Assembly: GCA_009103225.1 (NCBI GenBank)
Contig: RHPI01002161.1
Span: forward strand, 199,115-263,114
Reading direction: 5' to 3'
Source: Chlorokybus atmophyticus
Taxonomy: Eukaryota > Plantae > Mesostigma and Chlorokybus algae
DNA: 64,000 bases
The notes beneath the pieces were generated by a model. That model made no database searches. It saw only the letters and a program-made list of their open reading frames with translations, and was not told the DNA's origin. Both the position numbers and the translations under genes were made by a program. Shown here one piece after another: positions 26,149-41,470 of the stretch (its first letter is position 1; every line of letters starts with the position of its first letter).

Positions 26149-27363
26149 GACAGACATGTCCGTTGCCGAGGTGGAGCTTTGCCTGTTTACCCCTAGTACC
26201 GCTAGCGTGTTGTGTAGGTTGTCAGTGTGTGTTGTCGTATTGATGCCTAGCTGACTCTGTTGTCGGCTACGTAGCTGTGCTGCCGTAGATTGTCAGTGTG
26301 TTGTGTACAGTTCGCTCGCGCTATTACCCAAGCTCATCGCTGGGTTGTAGTTGTATCACGTGTTATGTGTCGCTAAAGAGACGAAACATACTGTCCAGTG
26401 TGTTGCATGAATAGTTTGGTCTGTGTCTCATGCAGCTTGATGCGATTCTGATAAATACGAGAGGCTGGTATGTAGTGCCAGGTGAGATGTTGTTGCTCGA
26501 CAGTTTATAGTAACTGCAGGTTTCAGTGTACAAGAATATAGACTTCTTACATAGGACGCACAATAGCTGGGTAAGTACCATGTTGACGGTATGAACAAGT
26601 GATGCGGTCCAGGTCAAGCTAGCATGTGGTTCGCTGCATGTGAGACTGCCCTTGTGAGAGAAGCATCAGACCTACGGCAGATATGTGCTTCGGAGTTGAA
26701 TGCTGTGTGTATCGGTACAGCCAAGCATGTGTATACTCTGTGTCAATGGCTGTGTGTATTGATGCAGTGAACGCAACGGTGCCCCCTTTTCTAGGCTTGG
26801 ACACCAAACGCTGCCACATAAACCCCGCTGTGGTATAAAAACTTACAGCAGTAGACTAGCTGCTTGACGCAAGGGGGCTGATACTACTATGCATGCGCGC
26901 TTGCAATATCAGGCGATGTCGTGAAAACAAGCCGCCTACACCATCAGTCAATCGGCATTCTCCTGTTGCTCTGCTGTATGAATGGCATGGCAGACATACC
27001 CTATGGCAGTGTGCACCATATGGCCCTACCGTACATGCCTGGTACTTGTAGCAAGCGCACACGTCAAGTCCTATCGTCGGTACCACCATGGTCATCAGCA
27101 ACGTCACCTGACATGTATTCTCATCCTCGCACCGCTGCTCATAGTAGCTGTGACGTGTCCCTGCCGCACGTCATAACCGCAGTGCATCACTCACCCCAAG
27201 CCTGCCTTGTCAGTGACGCTGGCTCATCACTGACTCATCAGCAAGGCCAACAAATTCCAGACCTCTATTCTGCTTGAAGGTTCCGCACAGTTGGTTTGGT
27301 TCTCCCTTTGCTCTCTGCCTCAAGGGCCTTCTTCTCGGTGTAGGTGCTGGTGTGGTCGTCGTC

Positions 27364-28837
27364 ATGGCTGCGCCTCAGGCTGGCAGCGGCGGCGACACGG
27401 GTGCACAGGGAGGTGAGGACGCCCCGCCTGTGCTGGTCCGAGAGACGGGCGAGGGCCTCGGACCGGGCGGCGGGCCCGTCTTCGTTGTGGAGCCTCAAAG
27501 CGAGAGAAGGGCGGCGCCGGCTGGAGAGGTACTTGTTGTTGTTCTTGTCGTCGTCATTGTTGTGTGAATGATTTGCTCCTGTGGAGTCCTTTGTTGCCTT
27601 GTCTCCGGTATGGAAACGATGCATGCATGCATGCAGTACACCGCGGACCAAACCCATGCCATGCATGCATGCAATCATGCCTCAAGCACGAGATGGCCTA
27701 AGCCTGCACTGCTTGCATGCATGCGTGCAATTTTACGCTGCATGCCTGGTTCATACATGCAAGTATGTCGTCAATGGGAGAGATTGGTACGGCAGTATTC
27801 TGTATGCCATGCATTCTGGCTGCAGCAACTTGCTGCAGCCAGAAGATGATACGCAAGAGCGGTACCAACAACATGTGTTTTATTGACTGTTACGCCCACT
27901 CTCCGAGGGGAGGCTCCCTATGCATGCCTTGCTGTCAAAGCACGTGCATGCTTGCAGTGTTGATTACAGCATGCACGCGTTGCGGGCAGGTTGCGGATAT
28001 ACCGGTGGAGGACGTGCTGCGTGCGAGCAAGGACGCCGGTGAGGACGTGGACCGTGGGGACTACGCCTACTCCAGGGACGACCTCAGAGAAAAGGGCCAG
28101 CTTACAGGACAGCAGGTCAGAGTGACATTCCACGCATACTGCTCATCTGTCACTCACGATTTTCTCTCACCCCCTCTTTCTCCCACTCCTCCTTCCAGGG
28201 CGGTTCGAACGTGTTCGCCCTCTTTGACGACTGCGGCTGCATCGCCCTCCCCGTCGCAGCCAGGGTGGACCCCAACGCCCTCGGCGACGCTATGAGGAGC
28301 GAGCTCATTGCTTGGGTGCAAGACAACCGCGGAGAGACACTCGCCATGATGGTGAGAGGGTGATGTGTGCTTTAAGCTTTGAGGTGCAAGTGTCACAGCA
28401 CATGCATAATGGCCCCGTTGCTCTACCCTATGCATGCGCACTTACGTACGTACGTACATACATACATACATACATACATATGCCCACGGGCATCCATGCA
28501 CACACATATGCACATACCCGCACAGATGCATACGTGCTCAAACTTTCGAGAGCTGCATGTATTTGCCTACCCAAGTTGACCCAACATATGCAACCACGCG
28601 CGCACGCGTACATGCACATGCACACCAATGCATGCCAACATCTACTCTCCCCAGGTTGCTGGGGTGGTGCCATTGAGCGACGATGAGGGTGTAAGGAATG
28701 ACTACGCTCAGGCCAAGAAGGAAGGGCTCGAGGCGCTGTACGGCAGGCACGGGCCGGCCGCGCGGGCTCAGGCTGGGGCCAAAGGGCCTCAGGCTGGAGG
28801 AGGAGGAGGAGAGCCGTTGCCTGTCAGCTCGCAGTGA
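27364..28837 (+). CDS. Hypothetical protein, about 200 aa, 4 exons
   Basis: MAAPQAGSGG...APAGE|VADIPVEDVLRASKDAGEDVDRGDYAYSRDDL...|GGSNVFALFDDCGCIALP...|VAGVVPLSDDEGVRNDY...*. Three phase-0 GT-AG introns and GC-rich coding-like exons; no family recognised. Confidence 0.7.
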
Positions 28838-30229
28838 GAGCGTATGATCGTGGCGATGACTTGTTGTTCTGTGGTCTGGGAGTTGTGTACATACAGCGTT
28901 GTTGTGTTGCGTATGCTTGGTGAGAGATACTGTGTGTACAGCGCCTGTCCTTGCAGCCCAAGCCTCCAACCTGCGCGATTACCGTACTTGTTCATATAGC
29001 AGGAGGTGTACATCAAATGCGCGGTGCAACGAACATGCAATGAACAACGGCTTGAGAACAGCATTACACAGCAACTATTACTAGCAGCGTTTCAAGTTCA
29101 ACCACTGGGCTACACATGGTGACTGTTATGTGAGTGGTGAAGGTTATTTTTCATGCATGTCTCACATTGCCCGCACACCATGCATGTTGCCATAGTACCA
29201 TACCCTTTATATACAACTATATCACCATGGTACACTGATATCTACCACCTCGTTAGTCATGCAAGTTAGTACATGCGGTTTCAGATTACCTACCCACACG
29301 GGCTGCCCTGTACATGACATGCATGCGCATGCACAACGTGCAGTCCAGTCAGCATGCAGCAACACATGCAAGGTGTCGTACAAATGACATTTAGTTGACC
29401 ACCGGGCTACTACTAGCACGCTAATCTACTGCCTCTACCCGTTAGACATGCAGCAGTCAATATGCAGTTGGTAATCACCTGCCCACATGGGCGTTTGTGT
29501 GCCCTGTACAGTTTGCTGTGTTGCAGTGGCATCAGCATTGCTTGTGGGCTTGTCGCCACTGATTGCTTTCTTGAACTAGCTGCCTTCACCTTGTATTGCA
29601 AATCCAGGCGATCTCATAACATACAAGTATATGAAACACCTGTAGGATTGCGGCAGACAGGCTGCAATGGTCTGTCTGCAAATTGTCAGTCATGCATGTT
29701 GACATTTCGTTACGGCATGGGCCTTCTGTACAAAGAATGTAAATGAGATTGTGATAGCCTCCAGATTCAAGGCTTGTCGCACTGATATGTACCAACAGCG
29801 CAGCATTTCACATTTTTCACACATGCTCATGTGTGCTACATTACGAAAACAAAAACACCCAATGCAAGTGTGTTTCAACAAGTCAATGTTGCAGCGGATT
29901 GTTGCATGCCTGTTGCATGCCTACTGAACAATTGGCTGACAGCACGCCGCGCACAGGTTGTACAGACATGTCGCCAATTGTCTCGCGCATATCCTGTACA
30001 CCTGCACTGGCTGCAGCGTAAACAGCGTGCATGCGCACCCCCGTCCCACGCAAGTATGCACCGCAACGACGTGACACATAGTAGCACACCCTTTTTGTAC
30101 ACACAGCACTTCACATACCCTATACACAATCTGGATGGTGGCCACTGTATAATATGTACGGAGGCAACGAGCTGAAAACAGCTCACCAGCACAGCTGATA
30201 TACGTGTGAGGAGCCTGCACAAAACTGCT

Positions 30230-32418
<2,189 letters not shown>

Positions 32419-32799
32419 ACCTAAACAGCTGCGCTCACCAACTCCCGTCAGGCCCTCAACACCCACAGCGACAACCCCGCTCCTGCCGCCAACCACCTCG
32501 CCGCTGCCCTCACCGCCGCCGCCGCTTAGGGTTTGGCAGCAGTAACTGTAGCAGAGCATACCATCCTGGTTAACAACAGCTGTTAGCTAACCAGCTCAGC
32601 AGGCAAAGCGTTTCGCGTTAACAAGCGAAGTCTCCCATATCCGGTTGGTCTAACCGCGTGTGAAAGCTGCGACGGTTAGTCATTGCAGTCATTTAACGGG
32701 TTCGGCAGCGACAGCGGCCTGAAGTAACTTATGACCTTAAGTCAGGGTTAACCACGTGCTGAAGCGGCGGCGGTGGTGGTGGCGGTGGCGGTGGCGGCG

Positions 32800-34869
32800 A
32801 TGTGGGCTGCGAGGCAGGGACGGGCGTTGCTGGCCAGGGCGGCGGAGTCCTCGGCAGTGTTGAACTTGCGTGCGGCTGGCGCTGCTGAGACACCCGCTCG
32901 CTACCAGCACCTGTACGCTGCCTTTGCCACTGCTGCTGAAGAGTCTGGCCTGAGTGACTCTGGCAGCACCGCCGCCGCCTCCGCCACCGAGGCTGGCGAC
33001 AATGACGCACAGAGCACTAAGAAAAGGCGAAAAAGGAAAAGTCAGCCGGGGTCGCCTACGGGTACGCGTGACAACTGCGTTTGCATGTGTATGCAATGCA
33101 GTACACTTCAATTAGTGCATGCATGCGAGGTTGCATGGATTGTGAGTATTTGGCATTCCTCTCTGCGTCACGTCAACTGTACACACGATCCTGAAATGCA
33201 GCATACATGCAATCATGCATGCCAGTAAGCTATATATCCGCTTATAACGTCAAAGCAATGCGGTGTTTACACTAAGCAACACCATTGGTGTGTTGCATGG
33301 CAGTGTCTGGTCGTCATTCTAAGAAGTTGATATTTTGACAAGCAGAGAGATAGCTCTGGTCAAAATGCATGGCAACTGCCACTCAGTTACATTGCGTATA
33401 GATAACGCTATCGTTCGCTTTTTTGACCTCAACTGTGCATTGCAACGCCTTCTGCTGCTCAATTAGTAACTTGACTGCATCACTGTTTTCAGACTGGGAA
33501 AGCATGACAACAAGCTTTGAACTGGCGAAGCACCTCAACATGCAGATACAGACTGGCAATTTGCCTCCAGCAGAATCTGCTCAGCGGCTTGCGCGGCTGT
33601 GCAAGACTCAAGACGACATGAAGCAGGCAGTCGGCACAATCGCTAAGCTTGCCAGAGCCGTAAGCAGTTGTTTTATTGCATGATCGGGTAAAAGTCGACT
33701 GGCTGTGACTGATGAGCATGGCTGTTGTGTATTGAAGAGGCTTGCTGCAGCGCCGCACGTGCCTGGCACTGGCTTGGAGAGCTTCAAGGGGGATGTGCCT
33801 GGGGCTATATATTTGGCGTGCTTGAGAACGGGCGCCTGGACAGAAGGTGTGATGAGCATGTCAACTTGTTGATGCATTGTGTTGAAGTGTTGCCTCCAAC
33901 TCATCTGTTTGTTTCCTGTTGGCCCCAGGACTTAGCTTGTTAAGGCGGCACCATGAGCTTGGACTGCCACCTACAAAGAATACACTGGTTGAATATATGG
34001 TGCGTGTGCGTAATAAGAGCCGCATACCCATACTTCATACGTACTCTTCACTTCGTACTTTGTGCCAACAGCATTTGTGGTTGCCAGCACAAGGCGCCAG
34101 ATAGTGAGAGTGTGGTGGAAGTTTTCGAGCACGCTAAACAAGTTTTCCCGAAGCTCAGCTCGAAGTTGGCCACGCAGTATGTGAGGTACAGCCACTCAGC
34201 ATACGATTGGCGGAAAGGTCACCACCTTGTTGGATGATCCTTTTTGCCCCACTGACCAAAGGATTGTGCAGGGCGCTTTGTAAGCACCAGGACCTCGACA
34301 GGGCTGTGCAGTTTGCGCAAGAGGCACGCATCAATGACGTTGAGCTGGAACGCAACGCTTACAACTTGATGCTCATCTGTGCAGTCGAAACCGGTGCGTG
34401 AACAGTTTTACACTAACTGCGCGTGCACACACATGCACGCAAACGCCTGTACCCACATGCGTGTGTGCACGTGCGCGTGCATGTGCGTGTATGTTTGTGC
34501 GCGCATGCCTAAGCCCTGTAAACAATCTGACAATTGACTGCGTGTGTGCACATACGCACATACACACATGCATGCGCGCGGGGGGGGGCACGAAAACTAC
34601 CAGTCTTTCTCATGCTTCAACTACCAGCATCCCGCTTGCACGTGCAGACACGCATGCATACACGAGCATGTCTATTGACAGGCAGAAGCTTTTGTCATCT
34701 CAAACTGAGCACAGTGCATGTCGCTTACACGTGACAGTGGTCTTGTGTGTGTCCAGATAGAAAGGAGGTTGTGGAGCGGGTGCGAAGTGAAATGCAGGAG
34801 GGCGGCATTGCATATAATGAGACCACTGATCTGTGGCTTAGTAAAGCAGTGGAGAAGTTTGGACAATAG
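32800..34869 (+). CDS. Organelle-targeted pentatricopeptide-repeat (PPR)-like protein, multi-exon
   Basis: Presequence-like start MWAARQGRALLARAA. Later exons GLCRALCKHQDLDRAVQFAQEARINDVELERNAYNLMLICAVET and DRKEVVERVRSEMQEGGIAYNETT have PPR-like helix pairs. Internal exons and stop tentative. Confidence 0.6.
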
Positions 34870-35154
34870 TCTGCACAACTGCTGGCATGGTCATTTAGTC
34901 TGCTCCATGCAGCTGTGGAGTAACGAAGAAAGAACTCTTTCTCAACAGTTGTGGCCATTGACACTGGAGCGCACACGCTTCCTGTCTCTAATGTTGCAGA
35001 GCTGGCTCTGTGTGGAACTTCAGCCACAGTAAGACCCTCTTCACCTGATGACACTAACACCGCACCATAAAAGCCCCGTTGGCAAACCAATCACTATGTA
35101 CAAGTGTACGCACTCTGCACAGGCACCAGCTGCTCCCCAACGCAATGTCATACC

Positions 35155-36548
35155 CTACTTGCCCATCATCATCTTCTCAACCAGTTGGGGTCCATAGTTC
35201 TTCATGAGGTACTGCAAGGCGGCCTGTTTGGCCTGGGCGACCATACCATCATCATCTGCTTTGTCATCTTTCACCTGACAGAAGTTGACAAGAGCAGCTT
35301 AGTCTCCATCAATAACACGAGTAAAACAACATCAACATGGACAGTCCAACAAGTGTTGATGGTTGCGTTGTAATCTCACCGCAGTCGCAGTAGAGTGCCC
35401 GTACTTCTCCTTGATGAAGTCCATGAACTCCCCTTCCAGACCACCCATGGAAGAAGGCTTGACCGCAGCGGCCTCGTGCAGCTTGTCATCCTTCACATCA
35501 CCTTTGTCATTGAAGAACGACATGATCGCGCCCGCAAGACCACCCTGCGTCTGTTGTTGGACAAAACAGTCAGTCGTAAGCCTTATTTACAATGACACTG
35601 GTTGTTCTATGTCAAGTGGCATGGTGTCTTGTGTGCACTGCCGTGTGCGATACTGTATGTATGCGGGTGCGTGTGCAAGTGTGTCGAAGCATGCGCGCAC
35701 ATCTGTGAGAACATAAGTGACAGTGACACCAACCTTGGTCTGGTTGCCATACTCAGTGGGGTTGTAGCTCGCTTGTCCTTGATATGTGCTTGGCTGCTGA
35801 ACGCCAGGAGTGCCATATCCCGGACGTGACACATATCCAGCTCCCTGCTGATACTGCCCCTCCTGCCTCCTGTAAGCCTCCTGTGGGATCTGAGACTGAT
35901 ATCCGAGCTCGCTGCCTCCCTGCTGATACCCACCCTGCTGCTGGCCCTGGTACCCACTCTGAGGTGGATATCCACCCTGCTGAGCCTGATACCCACCGCT
36001 CTGCTGATATCCAGCACCTCCCTGCTGGTATCCCGCACCTCCCTGCGGGTACTGCTGCTGGGCTTGAAAACCACTACCTCCCTGTTGGTAACCACCTTGA
36101 TATCCACCGCCGCTTCCCTGTTGCTGATATCCAGCACCTTGCTGGTAGCGGCCGGCCTCTTGTTGGCGGCCGTATCCTCCTTCTTGAACGTACTCAGCTG
36201 GGCGGCCGCCTTGACCTTGGTTATATCCTTCAGCGTATCCTTCAGATGTCTGCTGTTGTCCGTGATGATGGTGACGCCCTTCGCGCCCATATGCGCCTTC
36301 TTCTTGATACCCAGACTGCTGGCGCCCCTGTGCAGCCTCATATGTGACGCTTGGCCATGCATGCAGACGCTGAACTCAGCCATGCTCACAATGACAACAG
36401 CAAGGACAGGCATACCTACGGCCATACCATCATGCATACCAGCATTGACCTAAGTCTTCACTCAAGCGTTTGCACTCACCTCTGAGGTGTAGTCAGAGTA
36501 GCGGGTGCCCTCACCGCTATACTGATCACCACGCCCGTACCCAGCCAT
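35155..36548 (-). CDS. Low-complexity Gly/Tyr/Gln-repeat protein with a short ordered C-terminus (about 310 aa, 4 exons)
   Basis: Exon 1 36480-36548 (MAGYGRGDQYSGEGTRYSDYTSE). Exon 2 35734-36327 is 198 stop-free codons of GYQQG-type repeats, in a frame only partly shown by the ORF track. Then TQGGLAGAIMSFF...EFMDFIKEKYG...|VKDDKADDDGMVAQAKQAALQYLMKNYGPQLVEKMMMGK*. All introns phase 0. Confidence 0.8.
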
Positions 36549-37789
36549 GTCGTCGTCCTCTTCCTCCTGCTTCTCCTCCTTCTAGTTGTCCTCCACCGCC
36601 GCTGGCTGCCTGGTCAACATGCAAACCTCAACATGCTTCAACTTGCTGCATGCGTCGTTTTGTTGCCTAATCCGCGTGGCAAATTTTGGAAGATCGGCTT
36701 GGGACCAAGGGTCGATATCCATGGCGAAGGGCGATGCTGGCAAAGCGTGCAGATATCGCACAGCGGGGTTGAGTTTGTTCATGAAGTCGAATAGGTTTTC
36801 TCACGATGTTTATTACGTTGCGTTAAACTTGCCATGACAGCAGTCAGTCTATAAATCTATCAAATCTACTATTTGGTTCATAAAAGTTGCAAGGCGGGTC
36901 TCGTGCATGCAAGTCGCACCGCATAGACGACATACATGCAGTTAGCACATCGTTGCTTCAATACATTCACATACAACACTACCGGGCTACATTCCCAGCT
37001 ACTGCAGGTCACTAAGTACGACACTACCTCATCTATTCACCTACCCCGTTAAACATGCATGCATGCGACAATCCACGAGGTTGTCATATACACGCATGTG
37101 CTAGAGTAAAGGTATCCGTATTTTATTGCATACTTATTAAGGTAAAATGGAGTGGCCCAAATAATCATAGCATGCATACACAGCAACGACAGTAAGGCCA
37201 CCGAACGGACAATTATTGTCTATGTTTGCAAGTTGGGAATGCAAACACGCACAGACAAGATCATATACAACAACACATGACGCGTTATTGTATATGGTTT
37301 TTGCAAACCCATGATACACCATTTTAGGGGCTGATTAGGTTCGTGTGCAGCGTGTGACTTGCAAATAGGTAGGCAGGGCAAAATATTACACACGGATATC
37401 TTAATCAATGTAATGATGATCGATTAAAAAGTTTATGGTTGATTATAAATATTATATCGAGTTGCATATTAATAACAACACCCATGTACAATATCACCTC
37501 TGCTTATGCACGCTGATTGCTTGAATCCAATTCGTAGACCGCTGCATGGAATAATGCAAGCCACTTCAGTACTATGGGTATGCGCTGCACGAATTCTCAT
37601 TGAACCAAGAATAGCCATTGTGTGCATATCCACATATACATACGCATACAAACATATCATGCAATATCGCAATGAAATGGCAATGTCACAATGACAATGT
37701 GCCATTTATAACGCATTTGCAAATGACATTGTTATTATATAACATGATTATCATACACAAGTTGCTTTGAGAAACTATGCATTATGGTG

Positions 37790-37791
<2 letters not shown>

Positions 37792-37826
<35 letters not shown>
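37792..37826. repeat. (TA)n microsatellite inside an AT-rich intergenic block (about 36850-38900)
   Basis: Directly visible. Confidence 0.95.
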
Positions 37827-37828
<2 letters not shown>

Positions 37829-39718
37829 GCATAGCTTCCCTCTTTGAAAGCGCTATGGTTGCATTTGCATTTTTTATATAGTCCGCATTGCGTACATATT
37901 GTGCAATTGCATGAAACGAGGTTTACGATGTTATGCGTAACTTTCAATTTGCATATAAAGCATTGATGGATTGTTTTTCTTGACTATTTAACATATTGCG
38001 CATTGTCGTTGACAATGTCACAATTTTGCTTGTATGCTTATTCACCTACGCACTTCCCGCAAATTTTCCTTTTAATGTGCGTGTAAGCAATGCATAATGC
38101 AGACCATGTTGTATGTTTGACAGCTGTCTTTAATTCATTTCAAAGGATTATGTCTCTTACAACCATGCTTCGAGAACGTACATCAGCCATTATAGTGTTG
38201 AGGATGCCCCTATTATTACACATATGTACATTTTAACCCAAGACGTGTGGCTATACAACTTTTTACTTATCTCACCATAAAGAAAGGCAAGACGATTTTT
38301 TTATCGTCTTTTTATTTCACACATGCATCATTACATGGTTAAAAACACAAAGTCGATTGGAAAAAAATAAAAAATCCATACAACATCTATGAACAGCCTT
38401 TTTCTCAATATTTTAATTAAAGAACACTTGCACCTTTATTACACTTGTGCGTGTATAGTATTCTTATGTTGTGATATCAGCATATAATATGTACTATTAA
38501 ATATTATGTGATATACGCGAATGAGCACTGTTTGCAATTATAATTGATGAATCACAATCATAACAATCATAACAAATTGATGATTATCCCGTCAACCTTA
38601 ACGATTGTGTTTCAAATTACGCGCTTTTGTTGGGTCCAACAGGCAGAGCATGCTTGAGCAAAATGATAAAATGGTCGGTACTGGAAAATATGCATGTGTC
38701 AATTGTACGGATATTTTTAATAAGCTATCCTTATATTATCAATGAGCCTGATACAATCTCAATGAAACAGCTTAGAATGTGCTGAGAAAAACTTATGCTG
38801 AAGATGTGCTGGTGTGCTGACTGCATGAGTGCATGGGTGTTGAGTGTCATGCCTTGCATCTGATGTAAACTACCTTGTCAATTTGCTGGCAGGTTGGTTT
38901 ACTCGGTAAGTCACGTTGTAATGCTTGAGAATTAATACATCCATTTCGGCAGGCTGCATGCGCGCAATCGTATGCACTTAACCCGGGAGGTGTATTCTAC
39001 CGGCACGGTTTACCGCGCCTTTTCAAACAATAACAATGATTTCACATTACATATGCCGCCGCAGCGGTCTAGGCAAAGCTGCTGCTGACACGAGCCCGGT
39101 CTGTAAAAACCACTGGTGGCCAACTGCAACACCTGCCACCGGCAACAGTCGGTCATGCAAACACAGCCACCTTGGCAAGCGTACCGGTGATACCCGCGGG
39201 ACAGCGGAAGTACGACTGGTCTCCACCGGCTGCCACTCCGCGGCTCCTCTGCCATGTCAGCTAGAGCGCGCCCCTCCGTCTGACACATTTGTCAGCAGCA
39301 AATCCACGACGCAGCCAGACCCCAGTTAACAGCACAGTTAGTCAGACCCCAAGCCTTGCGGAAATTCACGATAGCAGAGGCCAATCCCTATCAAAGAAGG
39401 TACAAGCGCTAATATCTGCTTGGAAAAAATGTAGCAAGACCGCGTCAAGTAACTGAGCCACAGCAAGCCTTTAACTGCGCATTTGTTCTGAAGAGACAAC
39501 ACTCCTGTACACGTGGCGCTGTACAGGCGGCGGCGGCAGTGGCGGCGGCGGAGGCGACGAGGTGAGGAACATTGCCGCCCTGCATGCTACACATGTAGCT
39601 GCGTTTGTAGAGCATCGCATTGCCCTATTTCGCACATTGTAGGGCGTGCATTGTGAACTCTGTGTGTACGGCAGGGCGCAGTGTGCAAGCAGAGAAGTTG
39701 TGTGCGTGCATGTGTGCA

Positions 39719-40996
39719 ATGGCGGCGGCGGTGGTGGCGGCGAGCTGTGCGCCCAGCGCGTTGTGCATGAGGTTAAGGGAGTTGCCGAGCTCAAGCGGGA
39801 GGGTGCGAGGCGGGGCTGCGGACATACAAGGTGCAGTAGCCAGGAGGCGCAGCTGGGAAACGTCCGTACCTGTCAGGGCTGTCCTGGAAGGCAATGAGAA
39901 CAAGAATGGGTTCTGGCAGGCACCCTGGCTGAATGTATGGGCCCGCAAATCCTCATCTGAACCTCCCAGCCAGGTGCAGTTGCATACAAGACCATTGTTC
40001 ATAGGATTCGCAATGACACACTTCATACACATGCACTCAGATTCACATATACGAGAACATGTGCATATGAACCAATGCACTTACAAACGGACTGCATGCA
40101 TGTGTTCAGTGCGTGTCACTTGCTGACAAGTCTCACGCATGCACCACGCAGCCAGCGGCCTCATGGTCGTCATCCCCAACGGCATCATCCTCGTCAGCAG
40201 CAATGGCAACCGCAGCCATGCAAGAGCTCGCGGAGGATGTTGCTGAGGAGGAGCAGCGCCTCGACCTTCTTGTCGCTGATGAGCGCTATGAGGAAGCTGC
40301 ACAGGTATGCTCATTGGTGTAACACTACATTACCTCCTATAATCAGAAACAAGCATGTTGCCTTCTTTTGCATTCACCGCTCAACAACTCCTTTCTTGCT
40401 CAGGTGAGAGACCACCTGGAGGTGTTGCGGCTGCGCTTGCGTGTGATGCAAACGGTCACGAGAACACCATTGAAGTTCCGAGTTGGGGATGTTGTACGCC
40501 ACAAGCGCTATGGTGCGTGTTTGTTGTTCCACAGTTGGGCGGTGGCCTCTCATACCTCATGGCCATATTGCACCTCGCTCATGTTAGATTACTTACTTAG
40601 TCGTTGAACAGGGTACAAGGGTGTGATATACGGCCACGATAACACATGTACGGCGTCCGAGACGTGGGTGAATATGATGCATGTGGACGCATTGCCCCAC
40701 GGCCGGTAAGCAAGTGGCTTGCAATGTATGTCCTTTTATGTCCGCATGTGTTCATGTGCTCATAGTGTGCTTGCTCACACAGAGACCAGCCATTCTACCA
40801 TGTGCTGGTGGACTTGCACGACAGGCCCGCGGTGGTGAACACGTACGTGGCGCAGGAGAACTTGGAGGATTACAGGGTGACGGGGTCCACGCTGATTGAG
40901 CACCCCCTCATCAAGGAGTTGTTTGTGGGTATTGATGATACGGGCTGTTATCGGCCTGGACGCAAGCTTCGATCAAAGTACCCCGATGACTGGTGA
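39719..40996 (+). CDS. Plastid-targeted UVR + YccV/HspQ domain protein, ClpF-like (5 exons)
   Basis: Ala/Ser/Arg-rich transit-like N-terminus; UVR-like EQRLDLLVADERYEEAAQVRDHL; YccV-like KFRVGDVVRHKRYGYKGVIYGHD, QPFYHVLVD, TYVAQENL, IEHPLIKELF. Arabidopsis ClpF also has UVR and YccV domains. Confidence 0.8.
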
Positions 40997-41470
40997 TGCG
41001 CGCCAAGGGGAGAGGGGTTGATCAAAGGCTGGTTGTATATAGTGGTGAGGCTGGCCTTGTGTGAATATGTTAGATTCGTTGCGTGAACGCAGAAAGCAAG
41101 GGACACGCTGTAACATATTGTAAACTGCGAGGCTTATGGTTTGTAACATTACATCTCTGGGCAGGGCTTCTCATGCCTCAATACCTGTGCTGTGAATCCT
41201 GTGGTTTGCGCGCAGTATAGCAGTAATGAGTCATGACAGATGCATTTGCACGACGTGAAGTAGTTTAGCTGCATTTGGCAGCCATTTGTGTGGCCACCAT
41301 GACAGAAGCATACTGCGCACAACTCATCGAACACTATTGACACTACCAGCAGTTCAACAGCACACGGCGTTTATGCTTTCAACTTGTGTGGCGCAGAGGC
41401 TGAGAGCGATTAACGGTGTGATTGTTTAGCTGCATATAGCAGCATGCATTTGTGTGGCCATTGTGTGGCC

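Noticed and set aside
35607-36453. Long ORFs of 276 aa (-), 187 aa (+) and 129 aa (+)
   Set aside because: They are alternative-frame or antisense shadows of the GYQQ repeat exon; only the GYQQ frame splices coherently to the flanking exons.
39010-39329. Short ORFs on both strands (92 and 97 aa)
   Set aside because: No recognisable motif or consistent exon chain; a small gene cannot be excluded but is unsupported.
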